The notes under the pieces are model-generated. The model had not been told where the DNA came from. It was given only the letters and a program-made list of their open reading frames with translations, and did not search any database. From the NCBI GenBank assembly GCA_051892935.1, contig JBJFGS010000020.1, forward strand, positions 1-64,000: a DNA stretch of 64,000 bases, written 5' to 3'. The position numbers and the translations under genes were made by a program. The DNA is from Candidatus Coprovivens sp. (lineage in GTDB: Bacteria; Bacillota_I; Bacilli_A; RF39; UBA660). Positions 9,286 to 17,119 of this stretch are shown here, piece by piece (position 1 is the stretch's first letter; each line of letters begins with the position of its first letter).

Positions 9286-10083
9286 ATGGGTAATATTTTA
9301 GTACCTTTTAAGAAGTTTTTAAGTAATAAGAATACTATTACAATTCTTGGGGTATTAGTTGGAGTAGTTGTTTTATATCTTGGATATAATTGGCGTGTTA
9401 ATAAGTCTATTCAGCCAATAACTGTTCCTATATGTACGGCTACTTTGATTTCTGGTACAAAAATAACAGAAGATTATATAAGTTATGTTAGTATTCCAAA
9501 AGATACAATTAATGCTATGGGTAATCTTGTTACAAATGTTAATGAAATTTCTGGTAAGTTGGTTTCTTATGATAGTAAGATTCCTCAAAATGGTTTTTTC
9601 TTTTCTGAAAATTTAATTTCAGAAGAAGAGATGCCAGATTCATTGTTTTCTAAGATTCAAGATGGATATACTATTTATAATTTAAAAGTTAATAATGACA
9701 AAGCTTTAGGTAATTCAATTTTTCCTGGAGATAATATAGATTTGTATATGAAATCTGAGGAAGATGGGTTATTGGTTTATGGTAGATTTATTAAATCTAT
9801 TGAAGTTTTAGCTGTTAAGGATAGTGATGGTAAGAATGTTTTTGCTGATAAGGAAAATCCTTCAGAAGCTGCTTTCTTGTTGTTTGCTGTTCCTGAAAAG
9901 CTATTCTTACTTCTTAAGAAAGCAGAACACTTAGGAATTGAAATAGAACCTATTGTAAGAAATGATTCTTATACTGATACTGCAAGTCCTACTGAACTTA
10001 AGAGTGATGAATTGGAAGCTATGATAATTAATAAAACTTATATTTTACAAAATGAATGTCAAGATTTAACTGTTTGTGGTTAG
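9286..10083 (+). CDS. cpaB: Flp pilus assembly protein CpaB/RcpC (SAF domain)
   Basis: N-terminal TM; SAF-like ATLISGTKITED; IFPGDNIDLY and IEVLAV RcpC signatures; precedes cpaF. AGGAAGGA RBS before ATG 9286. Confidence 0.8.
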   Translation: MGNILVPFKKFLSNKNTITILGVLVGVVVLYLGYNWRVNKSIQPITVPICTATLISGTKITEDYISYVSIPKDTINAMGNLVTNVNEISGKLVSYDSKIPQNGFFFSENLISEEEMPDSLFSKIQDGYTIYNLKVNNDKALGNSIFPGDNIDLYMKSEEDGLLVYGRFIKSIEVLAVKDSDGKNVFADKENPSEAAFLLFAVPEKLFLLLKKAEHLGIEIEPIVRNDSYTDTASPTELKSDELEAMIINKTYILQNECQDLTVCG

Positions 10084-10111
10084 TTAGAGAATAAAATAAG
10101 AGGGTGTTAAT

Positions 10112-11629
10112 ATGGATGAGAAGAATGTTTTCTCCCAAATGGATTTTGGTCCTTTGTCAGAGTTTTTAGAAGATGATGATGTTACCGATATCTCTTATAG
10201 TAATGATGGTCAGGTGTGGCTAAAAACATTGTCTAGAGGAGTCTTCCAGGTAGAAAGACCAGATATTAATAATCCATTTATGGAAAAATTAGCGTTTCAG
10301 TGTGCTAATGTTATGGGTAGAACATTTAATATGGCTCATCCATTTTTGGACTCTGAAAGTGCTGAATTACGTATGAACTTTGTTCATGAGTCTATTGCTA
10401 CTAATGGTATAGCTTGTTTGATACGTAAAACTCCTGCTAAGATTCGTTTGAATAAAGATAAATTAATGAATGAACAATATATTACTGAACAAATGCATGA
10501 TTTCTTAATAAAATGCGTTTGGGGACATTGTAATATTTTGGTTGCTGGAGAAACTGGTTCAGGTAAAACTGAGTTGGTTAAGTATTTGGCTAGTAATACT
10601 AAGGAAAATGAAAAAATTATTTCTATAGAAGATACTTTGGAGCTTCACTTGGATAAAATTTTTCCTCATAGAGATATTGTAGCAATGAAAACAAATAATA
10701 TTGCTTCATATACTGATGCGTTAGTTGCCTGTATGAGACAAAACCCTATTTGGATATTACTTGCCGAGGTTCGTTCAGCAGAAGCTGTTATGGCTGTTCG
10801 TAACTCTATTTCTTCTGGTCACCATGTTATTTCTACTATCCATGCTGATAAAGCTTCTAGTATTCCAATGCGTATGTATGCTTTGCTTGAAGGTAGTCAG
10901 GATATTGATCAATATTTGTGTTCAATTCATAGATATGTTCAGATTGGTATTTATGTTAAAGGTTATTATTCACAAGCTCTTGGTAGGTTTCAACGTGAAA
11001 TTATGGAAATTTGTGAATTCTACGTAGATGATGAAACTAATAGACCTATGTCTAATACCTTGTATTCAAAAACTTTAGATGGAAAAGTTACAATTAAGAA
11101 TCCTACTAAGAAGTTAATTGATTATTTGGCCATTGGTAATGTTTATTTTGAAACTGATGATATTTTTGGATTAGGTGATGCTGATACAAAAGAGGATTTT
11201 TCTAATTATAGAGATTCTTCTGAGGACAATTTGGCTTATAAAGAGACTTCATCAGCTGCTTTAAATGAAGCTTTGAATGCTGGTACGGGTGCTGTTACTC
11301 AAGATGGTGGTGTTGTTCCTGGTAGTGTTGTATCTAGTGTTAATGTTTCTAATCAACCTAGTGCTACTCAGTTACAAGGTCAGCAAGTACAAACTGTTCA
11401 ACAGCAGGTTGCTGCTTCTCCTCAGGTACAAGTTCAACAACCTGTTTCGGCTTTTCCTGTTGTTGGTAGAAGTGAACAACCTGTTCAACAGACTACTCAA
11501 AATGTGGTTAATGGTGCAAATATGGTTCAGCCGAGTTCTCAAGTTGTTGTTCAACCTGTTCAACAGCAAGTTGTACAAAATCAATCTGTTGTTCCTCAAC
11601 AGGTTGCTGTTGCAAATGATGTATTATAA
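10112..11629 (+). CDS. cpaF: Tad pilus assembly ATPase CpaF/TadA (VirB11 superfamily) with a Q/V-rich low-complexity tail
   Basis: FGPLSEFLEDDDVTDI N-terminus; Walker A GETGSGKT; Asp box SIEDTLEL; MRQNP...AEVR; His box GH..ISTIHA. Confidence 0.9.
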   Translation: MDEKNVFSQMDFGPLSEFLEDDDVTDISYSNDGQVWLKTLSRGVFQVERPDINNPFMEKLAFQCANVMGRTFNMAHPFLDSESAELRMNFVHESIATNGIACLIRKTPAKIRLNKDKLMNEQYITEQMHDFLIKCVWGHCNILVAGETGSGKTELVKYLASNTKENEKIISIEDTLELHLDKIFPHRDIVAMKTNNIASYTDALVACMRQNPIWILLAEVRSAEAVMAVRNSISSGHHVISTIHADKASSIPMRMYALLEGSQDIDQYLCSIHRYVQIGIYVKGYYSQALGRFQREIMEICEFYVDDETNRPMSNTLYSKTLDGKVTIKNPTKKLIDYLAIGNVYFETDDIFGLGDADTKEDFSNYRDSSEDNLAYKETSSAALNEALNAGTGAVTQDGGVVPGSVVSSVNVSNQPSATQLQGQQVQTVQQQVAASPQVQVQQPVSAFPVVGRSEQPVQQTTQNVVNGANMVQPSSQVVVQPVQQQVVQNQSVVPQQVAVANDVL

Positions 11630-11644
11630 AAAGAAGGTGATATT

Positions 11645-12538
11645 ATGGAATTGGTGATACTTTTAGCTATAGCAGTATTTGTTTTGGCTTATAGATATAA
11701 TACTGGTGATAACGTATATAAGTTTTTTGCTGATACAGTATCAGGTGTCTATAATACTTATGCTCCTTATAGTTATAGAGAAGTTAAACAAAAAACTAAA
11801 GAGTTAGGGTATGAGTATACTCCAAGGCAGTATACTACTCAAGTCTTATTAATGGGTGGTGCTGCTGCGATTCTTACTTTTTTGTATTTTTATAGTATTC
11901 CTACAACTATTGTTTATACTGTTATTGCTATTTGTTTTGTTCCGTATTTAGCTTATTTAAGAACTTTGAGATTATATAGTGAATATATTTTTGAGCAGAT
12001 TCAAGTATATACTACTAATGTTATTATGGAATTTACTACTACACAGTCTTTTGTTAAATCTTTGGAAGGTGTTAGAGATTCCGGAATATTACAGGATCCT
12101 GTATTAAGGGATGTCAAAAGAATGATTCAAATGTCTTATGAAAATGGTACTATTGATCAATCTATTGATTTCTTTAATGAAGCCTATCCTTACTATATGG
12201 TAAAGAATATGCATCAGTTATTTTTACAAATTACTAAAGAAGGTGCGAGAGATTCTGGTGAGGCATTGGAATTAATGTCATTGGATATTGACGCACTAGT
12301 TGAAGGTGTTTATAGAGATAGAATGGATAGACAGGTATTCCATAAAAAGTTCTTAACTTTTGGTGCTGCGTTATTTGTTTTGGTTTTGGTTATGCAATTG
12401 CTTTTTGGTAGAACTGAATACCTAGCTATGTTGGATAAGTTTTATGTTAAATTAATATTGCATGCAATAATTATTATTAATTGTTACTTTTTGATTACTG
12501 GTGAAAAATACTATAATGAAGATGTGGGGGTTGAGTAA
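11645..12538 (+). CDS. tadB: TadB-like inner-membrane platform protein (T2SSF fold)
   Basis: Follows cpaF; N-terminal TM, TM pair, cytoplasmic helical domain and two C-terminal TMs, the typical TadB topology. Confidence 0.7.
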   Translation: MELVILLAIAVFVLAYRYNTGDNVYKFFADTVSGVYNTYAPYSYREVKQKTKELGYEYTPRQYTTQVLLMGGAAAILTFLYFYSIPTTIVYTVIAICFVPYLAYLRTLRLYSEYIFEQIQVYTTNVIMEFTTTQSFVKSLEGVRDSGILQDPVLRDVKRMIQMSYENGTIDQSIDFFNEAYPYYMVKNMHQLFLQITKEGARDSGEALELMSLDIDALVEGVYRDRMDRQVFHKKFLTFGAALFVLVLVMQLLFGRTEYLAMLDKFYVKLILHAIIIINCYFLITGEKYYNEDVGVE

Positions 12539-12540
12539 TT

Positions 12541-13329
12541 ATGTATATTGAAATCCTCATAATTGGTATTATTACTTTTGTTGTTTTAACAGTTAATGGT
12601 TATATTAAACCTAATAAATTTATTTATGATAATCAAGATATATTTATGAAGTTAAAGGAAACTGATTATGACTTTTTGGTTAGAGCTAAATATGGTGAAG
12701 GTTTAGATGCTGATGTTCTTTTTCAAAAAAGAATAAAAAATGGTTTAATCGTTATTGTGTTAATGATATTTATATTTTTAGCTGATTTATCAGCTGTAAA
12801 AATTGTTATTTCTATAGTGTTAGGTTTTTTAGTTTTTAAAACTGATTATTCTAATTTAAAGAGTTATTATAAGAAGCATTTACAGCAAATTGATTCCCAA
12901 TTACCTTATTATTTAAAAGGCTTGGAAATATTGATTCAACATTATACTGTTCCAGTTGCCTTAGGTAAGTCTATTCCTGATGCGCCGAAGATTTTTAGGG
13001 ATGGTTTAATTGATTTAATTAATAAAATTAATGCCGGTGATTCTACTGTTACTCCTTATATGGAGTTTGCACAGCAGTATCCTGTTCGTGATTCAATGCG
13101 TATGATGCGTTTGTTGTATCGTTTAAGTTTAGGTAGACAAGAGAGAAAACAGGAACAACTTATTACGTTTTCTAAGACTATTTCTAACTTGCAACAAAAA
13201 GCAAGGGATCAACGTTATAAGGATCGTTTAGATAAAATGGAAAGTAAAACGATGAGCATGCTTGTTTGTACTGGTGTTGGTGTTATGATTCTTCTTGTTA
13301 TTTTTGTTATGAATATGCTTGGTTCGTAA
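12541..13329 (+). CDS. tadC: TadC-like inner-membrane platform protein
   Basis: QIDSQLPYYLKGLEILI T2SSF-type segment; single C-terminal TM; follows tadB. Confidence 0.7.
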   Translation: MYIEILIIGIITFVVLTVNGYIKPNKFIYDNQDIFMKLKETDYDFLVRAKYGEGLDADVLFQKRIKNGLIVIVLMIFIFLADLSAVKIVISIVLGFLVFKTDYSNLKSYYKKHLQQIDSQLPYYLKGLEILIQHYTVPVALGKSIPDAPKIFRDGLIDLINKINAGDSTVTPYMEFAQQYPVRDSMRMMRLLYRLSLGRQERKQEQLITFSKTISNLQQKARDQRYKDRLDKMESKTMSMLVCTGVGVMILLVIFVMNMLGS

Positions 13330-13337
13330 TAATTTTC

Positions 13338-13366
13338 TTGAAATATGAAATAATAAATAGTATAAT
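13338..13366 (+). promoter_or_regulatory. Internal sigma-A promoter upstream of the Flp-like pilin
   Basis: TTGAAA(13338-43)-17 bp-TATAAT(13361-66), followed by a GAAAGGA RBS. Confidence 0.7.
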
Positions 13367-13404
13367 TTTATTATAGATAAAATTGAGAAAGGAATGATTT
13401 ATAT

Positions 13405-13671
13405 ATGAAAGAAGCTACAGGAGAATTAAATATGACAGTTATTACTGTTGTTGCAATAGCAGCAGTTGGTCTATTATTTACATTATTTGTTTGGCCTAAT
13501 ATTCAAGCTAACTTAGCTATTAATACTGCTTGTGCTAATATTGATAATAATGGTAATTATAAAACTGCTGATACATCTATCAACGAGAATTCAGATGGTT
13601 ATGTAGAATGTAAAAACTTTAATTGTACTGCTAATTATAACGGAAGACAATTTACAAGTAGTTGCAAATAG
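13405..13671 (+). CDS. Flp-like pilin 1 (probable major pilin)
   Basis: 88 aa; MKEATGELN plus hydrophobic helix and a small 4-Cys head; follows tadC and has its own promoter. Confidence 0.65.
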   Translation: MKEATGELNMTVITVVAIAAVGLLFTLFVWPNIQANLAINTACANIDNNGNYKTADTSINENSDGYVECKNFNCTANYNGRQFTSSCK

Positions 13672-13705
13672 AGTTTTTTAAAAGAATAAAAAAAGGTGAT
13701 ATGTT

Positions 13706-13957
13706 ATGAAACAAGCTACAGGTGAGTTAAATGCTACCGTTATCATTTTTTCAGCCGTTGCATTGCTAACGGTTGTTTTCTTTATGGTAGTATGGCCTTT
13801 GGTTAAAGATGGCTTTTACACTTCTGCTAATTGTGCAAATGCTGTTTGTGATAATGGGTATATTACTTCTGGAGAAGATGCTGGAAAGGTGTATTGCGTT
13901 AATCCTCAAGATACTAGTCCTACTCCAGAAGTATTTACTTGTCCATTTAGAGGGTAG
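13706..13957 (+). CDS. Flp-like pilin 2 (paralog of pilin 1)
   Basis: MKQATGELN..TM..VWP..C aligns with pilin 1; 4 Cys. Confidence 0.65.
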   Translation: MKQATGELNATVIIFSAVALLTVVFFMVVWPLVKDGFYTSANCANAVCDNGYITSGEDAGKVYCVNPQDTSPTPEVFTCPFRG

Positions 13958-13965
13958 GTGGCACT

Positions 13966-14502
13966 GTGAAGGAAGCTATAGGTGGTACATGGTTATTTGG
14001 TATAGTTTTGACTTTTGTAGTATTATTTACTACTTTTATTAGTCTATCTACCAATTATTCTAGATGTTTTAGAATTAAGGATGAAATTATTACTACTATT
14101 GAGCATTATAATGGGGTAAATGAAAAGTCTTTAAAATATATTAATGAGTATTTGAGTGGTATTGGGTATTCTTCTACTGGAAATTGCCCAGAAGATGATA
14201 GTTCTTGTTGGTATGGTTTTAAGGTTGGGAATAATACTCGTACTATGGGACGTAAAGATGTTAACTATTGTATTAGTAAATATACTATAACTAGACCTTA
14301 TACTACTTCTGATGGTAAGGTCACTGACATTGATGGCCCTATTGGGCACCCACGTTCTGCCTATTATAAGGTGTCTGTATTTTTTAAGTTAAACTGGCCT
14401 ATTATTAGATCTATTTTTAATGTTAATATATCTGGTGAGACTGCTGTTATTTATAATTGGATAGATATTGAGCCATTAAAAAGTGATTTGTGTACGGGGT
14501 GA
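13966..14502 (+). CDS. TadE-like minor pilin
   Basis: GTG start MKEAIGGTW plus TM; paralog of the next gene (FRIKDEII..IE / YYKV..FFK..P / GET). Confidence 0.6.
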   Translation: MKEAIGGTWLFGIVLTFVVLFTTFISLSTNYSRCFRIKDEIITTIEHYNGVNEKSLKYINEYLSGIGYSSTGNCPEDDSSCWYGFKVGNNTRTMGRKDVNYCISKYTITRPYTTSDGKVTDIDGPIGHPRSAYYKVSVFFKLNWPIIRSIFNVNISGETAVIYNWIDIEPLKSDLCTG

Positions 14503-14509
14503 TTGATAT

Positions 14510-15112
14510 ATGAAAGATAGTATAGCTAATGTTTGGTTACTTGGTATAATAATTATTTTTATATTGTTATTTTCTGCATATATTGCAATCACTGTTGATT
14601 ATTCTCAAACATTTAAGTTAAAAAATGAAGTCTTAAATATTATTGAGAAGAATAAGGGTATGACAAGTGCTAGTGGTAGTAGTATTTCTACAAGTAGGTT
14701 TACTACCGATAGTATAACAACGGGTGTTGGTGCTATACAAACTATTAATTTATATCTTGCAGGTAATGCTTATACAGCGAAAGGTCCTTGCCCTTATGAA
14801 AGTGGTGTATATTGGTATGGTGTTAGCGAGTTAGTTTATAAAGAGGATTATCATGCTACTCCTATAGGTGATGATAATAAAAATGAACATTTTTATTATT
14901 GTTTTGCCAAATTTAAAACTGGTCAAGCAAATATAAAGTATAATAATAAATCTGGCACTGATTCTAGTATTTACTATAAGGTTAGATTATTTTATAAGAT
15001 GGAATTTCCTGTTTTAAGTGATTTTTTCGAGGTTAAAGTTGAAGGACTTACTGATGAAATTTATAGGCCTGTTAATGATGGCATTACAACAAATGGGGAT
15101 TTGTATAGTTAG
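14510..15112 (+). CDS. TadE-like minor pilin (paralog)
   Basis: MKDSIANVW plus TM; FKLKNEVL..IE, G.CP, W.G, YYKV.LFYK...P and GLT motifs shared with the previous gene. Confidence 0.6.
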   Translation: MKDSIANVWLLGIIIIFILLFSAYIAITVDYSQTFKLKNEVLNIIEKNKGMTSASGSSISTSRFTTDSITTGVGAIQTINLYLAGNAYTAKGPCPYESGVYWYGVSELVYKEDYHATPIGDDNKNEHFYYCFAKFKTGQANIKYNNKSGTDSSIYYKVRLFYKMEFPVLSDFFEVKVEGLTDEIYRPVNDGITTNGDLYS

Positions 15113-15133
15113 AATTATGAAAGGGGAAATCTT

Positions 15134-16222
15134 ATGAATGTTATAGTTTCAAATAAGTATGCAGCTATGTTATCTAGCTTGAGTACGAAGATTGATTTAA
15201 TTAAAACTGTGGATGGAGAATTTCAAGTAGATGATTTAATAGCTCAATTTGATAATTTCTTCTTTAATAAGATGATTTTAGATATTACTGCTATATCTGG
15301 TTATCAAGATATCACTCAAATTCAAAGATTGTCTTTTGGTATGGATATGTCTAAAATTATATTATTGTTGGATGATTCACCAGTTGTTAATTCTCCCCAA
15401 TATTTGTCGGAATTAGTTTCAATGGGAATTTATAATTTTACGAGAAATATTGATGCTATTGCGTATTTAATTGATAATCCTAATTCTTATAAGGATGTTG
15501 CTCAGTTTCATTTGTTAGGAAATAATGGTGGTTCTAATAATACGATGAATGGTAGTGTGCAACAAGGAGGTGGACGTAATTTTGGATTTAATCAAGTCCA
15601 AAATGAAGGAAGTTTTGTTAATTCTAGTGCAATGATGATGCCTTCTATGAGTGGTACTCGTGTTATAGGAATTAAGAACTTAACTGAACATGCTGGTGCT
15701 ACTACATTGATTTATATGTTAAAGAAGCAATTGTCTGAAAATTATTCTGTTTTGGGATTAGAGTTAGATAAAAATGATTTCTTATATTTTAATGATTCTG
15801 ATTTAAGAAGTGTTAGTAGTAAGGAGTTATCATCTATTATTAATAATCCTGTTAATAATTATAATGTTATTTTAATTGATATTAATGATAGCGCAGAAGA
15901 AGCTAATTGTACAGAAATGTTATATTTAATTGAACCTTCTACTTTACGTTTAAATAAAATGATAAGAAAAGATCGTTCTATTTTAAATAAGATGAGAGGT
16001 ATGAAGATTGTTTTAAATAAGAGTTTGTTAGATGCTTCTGATATTAGAGATTTTGAAAGTGAAGCTGGATGTAGTGTTTTTCACAATATTCCGCCACTTG
16101 ATGATAAAAAGGATAAACATAGAGTTTTAGATGAATTGCTTAATAAATTAGGCTTTGATAAGAATAGACCTGTAGGAGATAATAGTAGGGCTGCAAGGTT
16201 ATTTGGTATTGTTAAGGAATAG
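15134..16222 (+). CDS. TadZ/CpaE-like localisation protein (pseudo-receiver domain plus degenerate MinD/ParA ATPase)
   Basis: N-terminal receiver-like alpha/beta domain and N/G linker. RVIGIKNLTEHAGATTL is a deviant Walker A without Lys; also VILIDI and IVLNK. Confidence 0.65.
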   Translation: MNVIVSNKYAAMLSSLSTKIDLIKTVDGEFQVDDLIAQFDNFFFNKMILDITAISGYQDITQIQRLSFGMDMSKIILLLDDSPVVNSPQYLSELVSMGIYNFTRNIDAIAYLIDNPNSYKDVAQFHLLGNNGGSNNTMNGSVQQGGGRNFGFNQVQNEGSFVNSSAMMMPSMSGTRVIGIKNLTEHAGATTLIYMLKKQLSENYSVLGLELDKNDFLYFNDSDLRSVSSKELSSIINNPVNNYNVILIDINDSAEEANCTEMLYLIEPSTLRLNKMIRKDRSILNKMRGMKIVLNKSLLDASDIRDFESEAGCSVFHNIPPLDDKKDKHRVLDELLNKLGFDKNRPVGDNSRAARLFGIVKE

Positions 16223-16231
16223 AAGAAAAAC

Positions 16232-16260
16232 TTGACATATTTTATATTTTTTAATACAAT
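16232..16260 (+). promoter_or_regulatory. Near-consensus sigma-A promoter for VirB2-like pilin 1
   Basis: TTGACA(16232-37)-17 bp-TACAAT(16255-60); GAAGGAGA RBS. Confidence 0.75.
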
Positions 16261-16288
16261 CATAGTATGAATGAAGGAGATGTTTTTT

Positions 16289-16615
16289 ATGAATTTATTA
16301 GCTGCAGTTAATTTTTGTTCACAAACAAAATCAATTTGGGTTTTAGTAGGTAAAATTTTAAGCGTTTTTAAAATTGTTATTCCTCTATTAATTATAATTT
16401 TTGGTATGATTGATTTAGGAAAAGCAGTAGTTGCAAGTAAAGATGATGAAATTAAGAAAGCTGCAAAATCTTTAGGTATGAGAATTCTTGCTGGTGTAGT
16501 AATTTTCTTTGTACCAACTATTGTAGGTTTTGCTTTTACATTAGCTGATGGTTTTAATTCTGATGGTGATTATTCAATCTGTGAAGCTTGTATAACTAAC
16601 CCTAATGGTTGCTAA
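16289..16615 (+). CDS. VirB2/TrbC-like T4SS pilin 1
   Basis: Two hydrophobic helices joined by a K-rich loop (DLGKAVVASKDDEIKKA..RILAGVVIFFVP); terminal cysteines. Confidence 0.7.
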   Translation: MNLLAAVNFCSQTKSIWVLVGKILSVFKIVIPLLIIIFGMIDLGKAVVASKDDEIKKAAKSLGMRILAGVVIFFVPTIVGFAFTLADGFNSDGDYSICEACITNPNGC

Positions 16616-16634
16616 TTAATAAAATTTTATAATT

Positions 16635-16667
16635 AAAGTGATATTTGTTTAAATATCATTTTTTTTA
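16635..16667 (+). terminator. Intrinsic terminator after VirB2-like pilin 1
   Basis: AAAGTGATATTT-gttt-AAATATCATTTTTTT, followed by a TGTTATAAT extended -10 for the next genes. Confidence 0.6.
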
Positions 16668-16699
16668 TGTTATAATTTTTATGAATAGAGGTGTTTTTT

Positions 16700-17098
16700 A
16701 TGTTTAAAAAAATTACTTTAGTATTAATTTTGTGTTTTTGTACTTTTTTTATTGTAAAACCTGAATATGTTGAAGCATATAGTAGTGAAGTTATATATAG
16801 GTTAGATGATTCTGGTTGTGATGCTATTTTTGGTGATCCTAAAGATGATACTTCTGTTGCGTATTTTTTACAACAAATTTTAACTGTTATACAATATGCT
16901 GGGCCTATTTTATGTATTGTTTTGTCAATTTCTGATTTTGTTAAAGCTGCAGCCGGTCAGGATAAAGATGCTTTACTTAAAGCGACTAAGACAACTGGTA
17001 AGAGAATAGTTTTTGCTATGATTTTATTTTTTATTCCATTATTAGTTAATTTTATATTTCCATTACTTGGATGGTATGGTACTTGTGGAATTAATTAG
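16700..17098 (+). CDS. VirB2/TrbC-like T4SS pilin 2 with signal peptide
   Basis: Signal peptide (VEA|Y); DFVKAAAGQDKDALLKA..KRIVFAMILFFIP aligns with pilin 1. Confidence 0.7.
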   Translation: MFKKITLVLILCFCTFFIVKPEYVEAYSSEVIYRLDDSGCDAIFGDPKDDTSVAYFLQQILTVIQYAGPILCIVLSISDFVKAAAGQDKDALLKATKTTGKRIVFAMILFFIPLLVNFIFPLLGWYGTCGIN

Positions 17099-17119
17099 AA
17101 TAGAAAGGCGTTGTTTTTT

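Noticed and set aside
10112-13329. ComGA/ComGB competence pilus, or a plain VirB11
   Set aside because: An upstream CpaB/SAF gene, two separate TadB/TadC-like genes and a TadZ-like gene indicate the Tad family. No ComGC-type KGFTLxE prepilins are present.
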